Of a stretch of 64,000 nucleotides of DNA, positions 31,660-42,762 are shown piece after piece. Made by a program: the position numbers and the translations under genes. The notes beneath the pieces were generated by a model that worked only from the letters and a program-made list of their open reading frames with translations, ran no database searches and was not told the DNA's origin. The stretch is from Escherichia coli. GTDB taxonomy: Bacteria; Pseudomonadota; Gammaproteobacteria; Enterobacterales; Enterobacteriaceae. Numbering within the stretch: position 1 is the stretch's first letter; every line of letters starts with the position of its first letter. The stretch lies in the NCBI RefSeq assembly GCF_003334305.1, contig NZ_QOWS01000015.1; one strand, written 5' to 3'.

Positions 31660-32676
31660 TTAATCATCCGGCGTCAGTTCGCCGCGCAGGTTTTGGCTCA
31701 TGGCCTTGCGAATGGTTTCAGTATCCAGTTCCTGGCTCAGCAGGTAATGCAGTTTGGTTAGCGTGGCTTCTACAGTCATATCTGCACCGCCAATAACGCC
31801 GGCATGGGCGAGGGCGTTACCGGTGGCATAACCACCCATATTCACTTTACCGGACATACATTGTGTCAGGTTGACCACCACAATACCGCGATCGCTGGCT
31901 TCTTGTAATTCCTGCAGGAAGGCTTTGTTTTGTGGCGCATTACCCACGCCATAGGAGCGCAGAATCAATGCTTTCACCGGTTGGCGCAGAAAATTGCGCA
32001 CGACGTCAGCAGAAATCCCTGGATAAATCGTCACTACGCCAATTGGTTGTGGCGTGATTGGATGAACGATTAATTCCCCTTCACCGTGCGGGGCGGGTGG
32101 CGTATTCAAACGACGAATATGGATACCAGCTTCCAGTAACGGAGGAAGGTTTGGAGAGGCAAACGCATCAAAACCATCGGCATGGGCTTTGGTAGTGCGG
32201 TTGCCGCGATACAATCGGTTATTGAAAAAGAGCGTTACTTCGTTGATCGGATAATTCGCCGCAACGTACAACGCATTCAGCAGATTAATTTGTCCGTCAG
32301 AGCGTAACTCAGCCAGCGGGATTTGTGACCCTGTCACAATGACCGGTTTACCGAGATTCTCGAGCATGAACGACAGCGCAGAGGCGGTATACGCCATCGT
32401 GTCGGTACCGTGTAGAATGACAAAACCATCATAGTCGTCATAGTGCGCTTTAATATCTTCAGCAATATGCTGCCAGTCTTCCGGCGTCATATCAGAAGAA
32501 TCCATCAACGGCGTATATTCATGAATGGTGAAATCTGGCATCTCCGGGCGATGGAATTCCGGCATCAGCGCCAGTTGGCGTTGTAGATGACCTGACACCG
32601 GAATATAACCCTGCTCGGAACGCTGCATCCCGATGGTCCCGCCCGTGTAGGCGACGTAAATTGATTTCTTTTGCAT
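31660..32676 (-). CDS. ansA: Cytoplasmic L-asparaginase I
   Basis: 338 aa; N-terminal TGGTIG threonine motif. Confidence 0.95.
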   Translation of the reverse strand: MQKKSIYVAYTGGTIGMQRSEQGYIPVSGHLQRQLALMPEFHRPEMPDFTIHEYTPLMDSSDMTPEDWQHIAEDIKAHYDDYDGFVILHGTDTMAYTASALSFMLENLGKPVIVTGSQIPLAELRSDGQINLLNALYVAANYPINEVTLFFNNRLYRGNRTTKAHADGFDAFASPNLPPLLEAGIHIRRLNTPPAPHGEGELIVHPITPQPIGVVTIYPGISADVVRNFLRQPVKALILRSYGVGNAPQNKAFLQELQEASDRGIVVVNLTQCMSGKVNMGGYATGNALAHAGVIGGADMTVEATLTKLHYLLSQELDTETIRKAMSQNLRGELTPDD

Positions 32677-32842
32677 GATATTGATATGAATGATATCGAA
32701 AGAGCAAAAGTATATACGTGAGGCAGGAGGAGCGCACCTGATACTATGCGGATAAGGAAATATGGGGCGAGACAGCGGGAAGAGGATTCGTCGAGGTAAA
32801 AAATAATGTGGCCGACGATCTGTCGGCCACTCAGTACAAGAC

Positions 32843-34699
32843 TTAACGCACGTTGGCGCAGGTCAGGCAAAACGCATAACGGTTTTGTGGGTCGTTAAAC
32901 GCGGCCAGCTTGTCGCTTTCACTTTTAACGGTAGAGGCTACCGAGGCAAGCGGTGCAGGTAACATGGCCTGGAACGCATCTGGCAACATTGCCCGGACAG
33001 AACCAGACATGTTGTCCATCACTTTGTCGAAGAAGGTCGGTTCATCAACGTAGTATTCCAGATGCCACTGTTTCACTTTTGCCAGCTCTGCTGCTTTGGC
33101 AACCGCATCATCGAAATCCCCGAGACTATCGACCAGCCCGTTAGCTTTTGCATCCTGACCGGTCCAGACGTGGCCCTGGGCGATTTTATCAATTTGCTCC
33201 GGCGTCGAATGACGCGCATCAGCAACCAGCGTGATAAAGCGTTTATAGCCATTCTCAATGCTTAACTGCATCATCTGCTGTGCTTCCGGCGGCAGTGCCC
33301 TGGTGATAGAAACATCTGCCAGCGGTGAAGTTGAGACACCATCGGTATGAACACCAATCGAATCCAGACTATTTTCTACGGTGGTGATCACGCCGAAGAT
33401 ACCGATAGAACCGGTCAGGGTGCTGGGGTTAGCCACAATGTAATTAGCTGGCGTGGAAATCCAGTAACCACCAGATGCCGCCATGCCGCCCATCGATACA
33501 ACCACAGGCTTACCCGCTGCCCGGGCTGCTGCCAGTTCAGCGCGAATCACTTCAGACGCGGTAACGCTGCCGCCTGGGCTATTAACACGCAGGACAATCG
33601 CTTTCACTTTCGGGTCAAGGCGAGCGTCGCGGATTTGTGCCGCAGTGGTATCACCGCCAACTTTCCCCTGAGTTTCCTCGCCATCCATAATTGCGCCATT
33701 AGCAAAGACGACACCGATGCTGTCACCGGTATCTGCCGGCGTTTTCAATGCGTAATCGTAATAACTGATGGCGCGATAATTTTTATCAGTCTTACTCCAG
33801 CCGAATTCTTTGGTCAGTGCTTTTTCGATTTCCGCACTCGATGCCAGTGCATCGACCAGCTTGTTTTCCAGTGCATATTTCGCGGTATCGCCACCGGTTT
33901 TGGTTAAACCCTCAAGCAACCCTTGCGCGCCAGGGAATACCTGCTCAGCAGGGATCTGCCGGTTAGCGGCAACAGTATTCAGATAGTTTTGCCACAGCTC
34001 ACCAATCCAGCGGCTGTCAGCTTCGCGGGCTGCCGGTGACATATCATCACGAATAAACGGTTCAACGGCAGATTTATACGTACCCACGCGGAACACATGG
34101 GTGGAAACTTTCAGCTTATCCAGCAACGATTTGTAGTACAGACCGTTGGTAGCAAAACCGTGCAGATCAACCACGCCTTGCGGTGACAGCCAAATTTTAT
34201 TGGCGAAACTGGCGAGATAATATTGCCCCTGGCTGTAGTTCTCGCCAACGGCATAAACCGGTTTCCCGCTGTCACGAAACTCTTTCAGGGCTTTGCCGAT
34301 GTACTGCATAGACGGCTGGTCGCCGCCTGCGAAGTTTTTCAGATCCATCACGATACCGGTGATATTGCGGTCGTCCTTCGCCTGGCGAATGGTGTTGACG
34401 ATATCAAACAGTGAGTTTTCCTGCAGACGATCGGAACTGGCACCAAGCAGCTGGCGGCTTAATTTACTAAACCGCTGAGAACTGTCGGGTTTATCGACGA
34501 TCACACCAGAAATGTCCAGCAGCAGTGCGCCACGACTGGCCGTTTCTTTCGAATCACCACCACTGACCTGCATCCAGATCCCCACACCAACCAGTACGAG
34601 GAAAATAAAGAACAGGTTAAGTACCATTTCACGGACGAAATTCAGCAGACGCCACGTCCATTTAAAAAATCCGGCAATAAATCGCCAAAGGGTTCGCAT
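32843..34699 (-). CDS. sppA: Signal peptide peptidase A (protease IV)
   Basis: ORF trimmed to [10 protein letters not shown] (618 aa). Confidence 0.93.
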
Positions 34700-34859
34700 G
34701 TATTCTCCCAACTTAAGGTCACACCTGTCACAGGCGCAATAGATGTGGTTATCGTAATGACCCAACCGGCACTTGTCAGCAGGAATTGCGGACTGTGCTG
34801 TAACAAAATCCACTCTCGTGTTAATTTTGTGAATAAATATCACGACAGGAGTTAATCAA

Positions 34860-35411
34860 ATGGATGCACTCGAACTATTGATCAATCGCCGTAGCGCCTC
34901 CCGCCTGGCTGAACCCGCGCCAACGGGTGAACAACTGCAAAACATCCTGCGTGCGGGTATGCGTGCGCCGGACCATAAGTCCATGCAACCGTGGCATTTT
35001 TTTGTGATTGAAGGGGAAGGGCGCGAGCGTTTCAGCGCCGTACTGGAACAGGGGGCGATTGCTGCCGGTAGTGATGACAAAGCTATCGACAAAGCCCGTA
35101 ATGCGCCGTTCCGCGCACCGCTCATCATCACGGTGGTGGCGAAATGCGAAGAAAATCATAAAGTCCCGCGATGGGAACAGGAAATGTCTGCCGGATGCGC
35201 GGTCATGGCGATGCAAATGGCAGCCGTTGCCCAAGGATTTGGCGGCATCTGGCGCAGTGGCGCATTAACTGAAAGTCCGGTAGTGCGTGAAGCATTCGGT
35301 TGCCGTGAGCAGGATAAAATTGTCGGTTTTCTCTACCTCGGCACGCCGCAGTTGAAAGCATCTACGTCGATTAACGTCCCGGACCCGACGCCGTTTGTAA
35401 CTTATTTCTGA
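34860..35411 (+). CDS. ydjA: NAD(P)H nitroreductase-family protein YdjA
   Basis: 183 aa ORF. Confidence 0.92.
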   Translation: MDALELLINRRSASRLAEPAPTGEQLQNILRAGMRAPDHKSMQPWHFFVIEGEGRERFSAVLEQGAIAAGSDDKAIDKARNAPFRAPLIITVVAKCEENHKVPRWEQEMSAGCAVMAMQMAAVAQGFGGIWRSGALTESPVVREAFGCREQDKIVGFLYLGTPQLKASTSINVPDPTPFVTYF

Positions 35412-35527
35412 TAATTGTCGCGAAACTGTCTGGATTGTGAGCAAAGGCGCAGGAATTCAGACACTCTCACTTATCACTTCACGGAATGAGGGTTACCATA
35501 CCCGGATTGCATTGACAGGAGATGTCC

Positions 35528-36571
35528 ATGAGCGAGAACTCGATTCGTTTGACCCAATACAGCCACGGAGCTGGTTGCGGCTGTAAAATTTCCCCAAAAG
35601 TGTTGGAAACCATCCTGCACAGTGAGCAGGCGAAGTTTGTTGATCCGAATTTGCTTGTGGGTAATGAGACCCGCGACGATGCGGCGGTGTACGATCTGGG
35701 CAATGGCACCAGCGTTATCAGTACCACCGACTTCTTTATGCCGATCGTTGATAATCCTTTCGATTTTGGCCGCATTGCGGCGACTAACGCCATCAGCGAT
35801 ATCTTCGCGATGGGGGGCAAACCGATTATGGCGATTGCGATCCTCGGCTGGCCGATTAACAAACTTTCCCCAGAAATTGCCCGCGAAGTAACCGAAGGTG
35901 GACGCTATGCATGCCGTCAGGCGGGTATTGCGCTGGCTGGCGGTCACTCCATCGATGCGCCGGAGCCGATTTTTGGTCTGGCGGTAACGGGGATCGTACC
36001 GACCGAGCGGGTGAAGAAAAACAGTACCGCACAAGCCGGATGCAAACTGTTCCTGACGAAACCGCTGGGGATCGGCGTTCTTACCACGGCTGAGAAAAAA
36101 TCACTGTTGAAACCAGAACATCAGGGACTGGCGACGGAAGTGATGTGCCGGATGAACATCGCAGGTGCGTCCTTTGCCAACATCGAAGGCGTAAAAGCGA
36201 TGACCGACGTTACTGGTTTTGGTCTGCTGGGCCATTTGAGCGAAATGTGTCAGGGCGCAGGTGTGCAGGCGCGCGTTGACTATGACGCGATCCCAAAATT
36301 GCCGGGGGTTGAAGAGTACATTAAGTTGGGCGCAGTGCCTGGCGGCACCGAACGTAACTTTGCCAGCTACGGTCATCTGATGGGTGAAATGCCGCGTGAA
36401 GTGCGCGATCTGCTGTGCGATCCGCAAACTTCTGGCGGTTTGCTGCTGGCGGTCATGCCGGAAGCAGAAAATGAGGTTAAAACTACAGCCGCCGAGTTTG
36501 GCATTGAACTGACGGCGATTGGCGAACTGGTGCCAGCGCGCGGCGGTCGTGCCATGGTTGAGATCCGTTAA
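35528..36571 (+). CDS. selD: Selenide, water dikinase (selenophosphate synthetase)
   Basis: ORF trimmed to [10 protein letters not shown] (347 aa); N-terminal HGAGCGCK. Confidence 0.95.
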   Translation: MSENSIRLTQYSHGAGCGCKISPKVLETILHSEQAKFVDPNLLVGNETRDDAAVYDLGNGTSVISTTDFFMPIVDNPFDFGRIAATNAISDIFAMGGKPIMAIAILGWPINKLSPEIAREVTEGGRYACRQAGIALAGGHSIDAPEPIFGLAVTGIVPTERVKKNSTAQAGCKLFLTKPLGIGVLTTAEKKSLLKPEHQGLATEVMCRMNIAGASFANIEGVKAMTDVTGFGLLGHLSEMCQGAGVQARVDYDAIPKLPGVEEYIKLGAVPGGTERNFASYGHLMGEMPREVRDLLCDPQTSGGLLLAVMPEAENEVKTTAAEFGIELTAIGELVPARGGRAMVEIR

Positions 36572-36575
36572 TTCA

Positions 36576-38537
36576 ATGCGGTTGTTTATTGCCGAAAAAC
36601 CGAGTCTGGCGCGCGCCATTGCTGATGTCCTGCCCAAACCGCACCGTAAAGGCGATGGCTTTATCGAGTGCGGTAATGGTCAGGTGGTGACCTGGTGTAT
36701 CGGTCACCTGCTTGAGCAGGCGCAGCCAGACGCCTACGACAGCCGCTATGCGCGCTGGAATCTTGCGGATTTGCCGATTGTCCCGGAAAAGTGGCAATTA
36801 CAGCCCCGACCCTCCGTGACCAAACAACTTAACGTCATCAAACGGTTCCTGCATGAAGCCAGCGAAATCGTTCACGCCGGGGACCCGGATCGCGAAGGGC
36901 AACTGCTGGTGGATGAAGTGCTGGACTATCTACAACTGGCACCGGAAAAGCGCCAGCAGGTGCAGCGTTGCTTGATAAACGACCTGAACCCGCAGGCGGT
37001 TGAGCGGGCGATCGACCGTCTTCGTTCCAACAGTGAGTTTGTACCGCTGTGCGTTTCTGCGCTGGCGCGAGCGCGTGCCGACTGGCTGTACGGCATCAAT
37101 ATGACCCGTGCGTATACCATTCTCGGTCGCAATGCCGGTTATCAGGGCGTACTTTCCGTGGGACGCGTGCAGACACCCGTGCTCGGGCTGGTGGTGCGCC
37201 GCGATGAAGAGATTGAAAACTTCGTGGCGAAAGACTTCTTTGAAGTCAAAGCGCATATCGTGACACCTGCCGATGAGCGGTTTACCGCTATCTGGCAACC
37301 GAGCGAAGCGTGTGAACCGTACCAGGATGAAGAAGGGCGCTTGTTACATCGTCCACTGGCGGAGCATGTGGTTAACCGCATTAGTGGTCAACCGGCTATT
37401 GTCACCAGCTATAACGATAAACGGGAATCAGAATCCGCGCCGCTGCCGTTTTCGCTTTCGGCGTTGCAGATTGAAGCGGCAAAACGCTTCGGTCTGAGCG
37501 CGCAGAACGTGCTTGATATCTGCCAGAAGCTGTACGAAACGCACAAGCTAATCACTTATCCGCGTTCCGATTGTCGCTATTTGCCAGAAGAACATTTTGC
37601 CGGACGCCACGCGGTGATGAATGCCATCAGCGTTCATGCACCGGATCTGTTGCCGCAGTCAGTGGTAGATCCAGATATACGCAACCGCTGTTGGGATGAC
37701 AAAAAGGTCGATGCGCACCACGCCATCATTCCGACCGCAAGGAGTTCTGCGATCAACCTGACGGAGAACGAAGCGAAGGTCTATAACCTGATTGCCCGTC
37801 AGTATCTGATGCAGTTCTGCCCGGATGCGGTGTTCCGCAAGTGTGTTATCGAACTGGACATTGCCAAAGGCAAATTTGTCGCTAAAGCGCGTTTTCTTGC
37901 TGAAGCAGGTTGGCGCGCGCTGTTAGGCAGCAAAGAGCGCGATGAAGAAAACGACGGCACGCCATTGCCTGTGGTGGCGAAAGGCGATGAGTTGCTGTGT
38001 GAAAAAGGTGAAGTGGTAGAGCGGCAAACCCAGCCGCCGCGCCATTTTACCGATGCAACACTGCTTTCGGCGATGACCGGGATTGCGCGCTTTGTGCAGG
38101 ACAAAGATCTGAAAAAGATCCTTCGTGCGACCGATGGTCTGGGGACAGAAGCAACGCGTGCCGGGATTATTGAACTGTTGTTCAAGCGTGGTTTCCTCAC
38201 CAAAAAAGGGCGCTATATCCACTCCACCGACGCCGGAAAAGCGTTATTCCATTCGCTGCCAGAAATGGCTACGCGACCGGACATGACCGCGCACTGGGAA
38301 TCGGTGCTGACGCAAATCAGCGAAAAGCAGTGTCGCTATCAGGACTTTATGCAGCCGCTGGTGGGGACGCTATATCAGCTTATTGATCAAGCCAAACGTA
38401 CTCCGGTGCGGCAGTTTCGCGGCATTGTGGCTCCGGGCAGTGGTGGCAGTGCTGATAAGAAAAAGGCTGCACCGCGTAAACGTAGTGCGAAAAAAAGTCC
38501 GCCAGCAGATGAAGCCGGAAGCGGGGCGATAGCGTAA
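36576..38537 (+). CDS. topB: DNA topoisomerase III
   Basis: ORF trimmed to [10 protein letters not shown] (653 aa); Toprim and type IA topoisomerase domains. Confidence 0.95.
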   Translation: MRLFIAEKPSLARAIADVLPKPHRKGDGFIECGNGQVVTWCIGHLLEQAQPDAYDSRYARWNLADLPIVPEKWQLQPRPSVTKQLNVIKRFLHEASEIVHAGDPDREGQLLVDEVLDYLQLAPEKRQQVQRCLINDLNPQAVERAIDRLRSNSEFVPLCVSALARARADWLYGINMTRAYTILGRNAGYQGVLSVGRVQTPVLGLVVRRDEEIENFVAKDFFEVKAHIVTPADERFTAIWQPSEACEPYQDEEGRLLHRPLAEHVVNRISGQPAIVTSYNDKRESESAPLPFSLSALQIEAAKRFGLSAQNVLDICQKLYETHKLITYPRSDCRYLPEEHFAGRHAVMNAISVHAPDLLPQSVVDPDIRNRCWDDKKVDAHHAIIPTARSSAINLTENEAKVYNLIARQYLMQFCPDAVFRKCVIELDIAKGKFVAKARFLAEAGWRALLGSKERDEENDGTPLPVVAKGDELLCEKGEVVERQTQPPRHFTDATLLSAMTGIARFVQDKDLKKILRATDGLGTEATRAGIIELLFKRGFLTKKGRYIHSTDAGKALFHSLPEMATRPDMTAHWESVLTQISEKQCRYQDFMQPLVGTLYQLIDQAKRTPVRQFRGIVAPGSGGSADKKKAAPRKRSAKKSPPADEAGSGAIA

Positions 38538-38664
38538 GCGAGCGAATCTTTCGTGCTATTCGAGTCATATTCTGAAATATCCAGCGGATCAAGAAAATTC
38601 GTTGGATATTTTTTTTGCATGGATAAAATTATCGCCTCTAAAGTATGTAATAACAGGGAATGTG

Positions 38665-39706
38665 ATGAAAAAAGTTTTATTACAAAACCATCCTGGGAGC
38701 GAGAAGTATTCTTTTAATGGCTGGGAAATATTTAATAGTAATTTTGAACGGATGATTAAAGAAAATAAGGCCATGCTGCTTTGTAAGTGGGGGGGTGTAT
38801 TTAACATGTGTTGTCGCTGTAATGTTTGTATTCGCAGCGATAACATCCAACGGTTTGAATGAAAGAGGCCTGATTACTGCGGGATGCTCTTTTCTTTATC
38901 TATTAATTATGATGGGGCTTATTGTTCGGGCCGGTTTTAAAGCAAAAAAAGAACAACTGCATTATTATCAGGCTAAAGGTATTGAGCCGCTCAGTATCGA
39001 GAAGTTACAGGCGCTACAATTGATCGCACCTTATCGATTCTATCATAAGCAATGGTCTGAAACGCTGGAGTTCTGGCCGCGAAAGCCTGAACCTGGCAAA
39101 GATACCTTCCAATATCATGTGCTTCCTTTTGACTCGATCGATATCATAAGTAAAAGACGCGAGTCTTTAGAGGATCAATGGGGTATCGAAGATAGCGAAA
39201 GTTATTGTGCCTTAATGGAGCATTTTCTTTCTGGCGACCATGGAGCCAATACCTTTAAAGCAAACATGGAGAAAGCCCCAGAGCAGGTTATCGCCTTGTT
39301 GAATAAATTTGCTGTTTTTCCCTCAGACTATATCTCTGATTGCGCTAATAATCGCTCCGGTAAATCCTCGGCGAAGCTAATATGGGCGGCGGAATTATCA
39401 TGGATGATCTCGATATCAAGCACAGCTTTTCAAAACGGGACAATTGAAGAAGAACTGGCCTGGCATTATATAATGCTTGCTTCTCGAAAGGCGCACGAGT
39501 TGTTCGAAAGCGAAGAAGATTATCAAAAAAATAGTCTAATGGGATTTCTTTACAGGCATATCTGCTGCTATCGCAGAAAGTTAACGGATGCTGAACTTGA
39601 AGCGTGTTATCGTTACGACAAGCAGTTTTGGGAGCACTACAGTAAGAAATGCCGTTGGCCCATAAGAAATGTTCCCTGGGGAGCATCATCCGTTAAATAC
39701 TCATAA
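38665..39706 (+). pseudogene. ynjI: ynjI (DUF1266 inner-membrane protein) disrupted by +1 frameshift in a G7 tract
   Basis: Two ORFs (38602..38862 and 38795..39706) in adjacent frames; removing one G at 38789-38795 fuses MKKV...KWG to VYLTCVV..., giving 346 aa as recalled for K-12 YnjI. Confidence 0.65.
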
Positions 39707-39720
39707 ACGCCTGAAATTTT

Positions 39721-39814
39721 GCCGGGGGCGCTGCGCTTGCCCGGCCTACATTAGAGCGTAACTGCAATGAATTGTGCCCATTTGTAGGCCTGATAAGCGT
39801 AGCGCCATCAGGCA
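39721..39814. repeat. REP/BIME element (two inverted REP units) between ynjI and gdhA
   Basis: GCCGGGGGCGCTGCGCTTGCCCGGCCTACA and TGTAGGCCTGATAAGCGTAGCGCCATCAGGCA match the E. coli REP consensus. Confidence 0.75.
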
Positions 39815-39822
39815 TTTACAAC

Positions 39823-41166
39823 TTAAATCACACCCTGCGCCAGCATCGCATCGGCAACCTTCACAAAACCGGCAATGTTCGCGCCCTGCACGTAGTTGGT
39901 TTGCTCACCTTCACCACCATGCTCAACACAGGCATGGTGGATATCCAGCATGATGTGATGCAAACGTGCGTCAACTTTCTCGGCTTTCCAGCCCAGGCGC
40001 GCAGCGTTTTGTGCCATTTCCAGGCCCGACGTTGCTACACCGCCAGCATTAGCCGCTTTACCCGGTGCAAACAGTACGCCTGCCTGCTGGAACAGTTCAG
40101 TCGCTTCGATGGTGGTCGGCATATTTGCCCCTTCAGCGACGGCTTTAACGCCATTGGCGATAAGCTGATGCGCGGCGTCAACATCCAGTTCGTTCTGGGT
40201 GGCGCAAGGCAGGGCGATATCAACCGGTACAGACCACGGCTGTTGGCCTTCGAGATAGACCAGACCAAATTCTTTGGCGTAATCTGCCACTCGACCATCG
40301 CGGCTGGCTTTGATTTCGATAAGACGTGCCAGTTTCTCTTTCGTGAATCCGCTTTCATCAACTACAGTGCCGCTGGAGTCTGACGCAGTGATCACACGAG
40401 CACCAAATTCCATCGCTTTTTCGATAGCGTACTGGGCGACGTTGCCGGAGCCAGAAACGGAAACGCGCATCCCTTCAAAACCCATACCGTGGCGTTTTAA
40501 CATTGCTTCTGTGAAATAAACCAGACCGTAGCCGGTAGCTTCCGGGCGAATAAGACTACCGCCAAATGAAAGGCCCTTACCGGTGAAGACGCAGGCGGTA
40601 TTGTTGGAGAGCTTTTTCATCATCCCCGCCATAAAGCCGACTTCACGACCACCAACGCCGATATCACCTGCCGGAACGTCGGTATCCGCGCCCAGATGAC
40701 GATAAAGCTCGGTCATCAGCGCCTGGCAGAAACGCATCACTTCGCCTTCGCTTTTACCTTTCGGATCAAAATCGCTACCGCCTTTACCACCGCCCATCGG
40801 CAGGGTAGTCAGGGCATTTTTGAAGGTTTGTTCGAAGCCGAGGAATTTGAGAATGGAGAGGTTAACTGACGGATGGAAGCGCATACCGCCTTTGTACGGG
40901 CCGATGGCAGAGCTGAACTGCACACGCCATGCACGGTTGACCTGTACCTGATTGCGATCATCAACCCATACCACGCGAAACTGGATCACGCGCTCCGGTT
41001 CAACCAGACGCTCCAGTAATGACATCTGGCGATATTTTGGATTTTGTTCAAGAAAAGGCCAGAGTGTGGTCATTACTTCACGAACGGCTTGCGCGAACTC
41101 GGTTTGATTCGGGTCGCGCTTTTGGACATGGTTGAGGAATGACTCCAGAGAATATGTCTGATCCAT
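39823..41166 (-). CDS. gdhA: NADP-specific glutamate dehydrogenase
   Basis: 447 aa ORF. Confidence 0.97.
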   Translation of the reverse strand: MDQTYSLESFLNHVQKRDPNQTEFAQAVREVMTTLWPFLEQNPKYRQMSLLERLVEPERVIQFRVVWVDDRNQVQVNRAWRVQFSSAIGPYKGGMRFHPSVNLSILKFLGFEQTFKNALTTLPMGGGKGGSDFDPKGKSEGEVMRFCQALMTELYRHLGADTDVPAGDIGVGGREVGFMAGMMKKLSNNTACVFTGKGLSFGGSLIRPEATGYGLVYFTEAMLKRHGMGFEGMRVSVSGSGNVAQYAIEKAMEFGARVITASDSSGTVVDESGFTKEKLARLIEIKASRDGRVADYAKEFGLVYLEGQQPWSVPVDIALPCATQNELDVDAAHQLIANGVKAVAEGANMPTTIEATELFQQAGVLFAPGKAANAGGVATSGLEMAQNAARLGWKAEKVDARLHHIMLDIHHACVEHGGEGEQTNYVQGANIAGFVKVADAMLAQGVI

Positions 41167-41401
41167 AGATATAAAACCCTTATATATTAATACGATTGTG
41201 CTTATGTTGTTTATGTGATGTGCTTTTGCAGTTTTCGACTATACCATCAAGAATGTGACGGTAAGCAAGAAAAAAATGACCCAGGAAAGCAAATTAATAA
41301 CGAGAGTAATCTCATAACCAAATGCGATAACTCAGACGCTAAAGTTTTGCCACCCGGCTACCGTTATCAGTAGCAGAGACAATAACGTTAAGGAGTTCCC
41401 T

Positions 41402-41674
41402 GTGAGTCGAGCATTGTTCGCCGTAGTATTAGCATTTCCATTAATTGCACTGGCTAACCCGCATTATCGTCCGGACGTGGAGGTAAACGTACCGCCAGAA
41501 GTGTTCAGTTCAGGCGGGCAGTCAGCGCAGCCCTGTACTCAGTGCTGCGTTTATCAGGATCAAAATTATTCTGAAGGGGCGGTAATTAAAGCCGAAGGAA
41601 TACTGCTGCAATGCCAGCGGGATGACAAAACCCTTAGCACTAATCCGCTGCTCTGGCGGCGCGTAAAGCCATAA
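41402..41674 (+). CDS. ynjH: DUF1496 secreted protein YnjH, GTG start
   Basis: 90 aa with signal peptide; 3' end overlaps nudG 3' end (convergent). Confidence 0.8.
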   Translation: MSRALFAVVLAFPLIALANPHYRPDVEVNVPPEVFSSGGQSAQPCTQCCVYQDQNYSEGAVIKAEGILLQCQRDDKTLSTNPLLWRRVKP

Positions 41675-42047
41675 ACGCCTCTAATAGTGGAATGTCAGCA
41701 GGGGCCAGCGGATATTGCAGCGCCTCTTCAGGTGAGCACCAGACCAGCGCCTGATGTTCATGTGCCTGTAACGTCCCGTGGAAGTCGGGTACGTGCCAGG
41801 CATGAAGATGGATAATCCGGCCCGAAACTTCTCGCTGATGGCTGGCAACATACTCACCCACAGTTGCTTCGATGCCCAATTCTTCGTTTAACTCACGCAC
41901 CAGTGCCTGCTGCTGGCTTTCATCCAGCTCGACTTTACCACCGGCAAACTCCCATAATCCCGCCTGATCGCTCTGGGCGGGGCGTTGCGCGAGTAAAATT
42001 TTGCCATCACGTTCAATGATGGCGGCAACAACTTCAATCATTTTCAT
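41640..42047 (-). CDS. nudG: Nudix hydrolase NudG (CTP/5-methyl-dCTP pyrophosphohydrolase)
   Basis: 135 aa; Nudix box GGKVELDESQQQALVRELNEELGI. Confidence 0.9.
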   Translation of the reverse strand: MKMIEVVAAIIERDGKILLAQRPAQSDQAGLWEFAGGKVELDESQQQALVRELNEELGIEATVGEYVASHQREVSGRIIHLHAWHVPDFHGTLQAHEHQALVWCSPEEALQYPLAPADIPLLEAFMALRAARAAD

Positions 42048-42133
42048 AAATTACACACGGGCAGATAAGCGAAAAATGCCATAATATCCGCACTGTTGCT
42101 CAATCAGAAAGGCTTTATATTTAAGGAGTGCCT

Positions 42134-42754
42134 GTGCTAGACCGCCATCTTCATCCCCGGATTAAACCGTTGTTGCATCAGTGCGTGCGGGTTCTTGATA
42201 AACCGGGCATTACGCCAGATGGTTTAACATTAGTGGGATTTGCCATCGGCGTGCTGGCTCTGCCGTTTCTGGCGCTGGGCTGGTATCTGGCGGCGCTAGT
42301 CGTCATTTTGTTGAACAGGCTGCTTGATGGTCTGGACGGTGCGCTGGCGCGGCGCAGAGAGCTTACCGACGCGGGCGGCTTTCTTGATATTTCTCTCGAT
42401 TTTCTCTTTTACGCGCTGGTGCCGTTTGGCTTTATTCTTGCTGCACCGGAGCAAAATGCGCTGGCAGGCGGCTGGTTGTTGTTTGCGTTTATCGGCACGG
42501 GCAGCAGTTTTCTCGCCTTTGCTGCACTGGCAGCAAAACATCAGATTGATAACCCCGGTTATGCACATAAGTCGTTTTACTATCTGGGGGGATTAACCGA
42601 AGGCACAGAAACGATCTTACTGTTTGTGCTGGGATGTTTATTCCCTGCATGGTTTGCGTGGTTTGCGTGGATCTTCGGTGCGTTGTGCTGGATGACGACC
42701 TTTACGCGGGTGTGGAGTGGGTATCTGACGCTGAAGTCGCTCCAGCGTCAGTAA
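42134..42754 (+). CDS. ynjF: CDP-alcohol phosphatidyltransferase-family membrane protein YnjF
   Basis: ORF 42128..42754; preferred start is the second GTG (MLDRHLHP) with RBS taaggag; motif DGxxAR. Confidence 0.82.
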   Translation: MLDRHLHPRIKPLLHQCVRVLDKPGITPDGLTLVGFAIGVLALPFLALGWYLAALVVILLNRLLDGLDGALARRRELTDAGGFLDISLDFLFYALVPFGFILAAPEQNALAGGWLLFAFIGTGSSFLAFAALAAKHQIDNPGYAHKSFYYLGGLTEGTETILLFVLGCLFPAWFAWFAWIFGALCWMTTFTRVWSGYLTLKSLQRQ

Positions 42755-42762
42755 TTGCAATG

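Noticed and set aside
36101-36637. 178-aa ORF antisense to selD/topB
   Set aside because: Entirely within known coding sequence on the opposite strand; Arg/Ala-rich as expected from GC-rich antisense frames.
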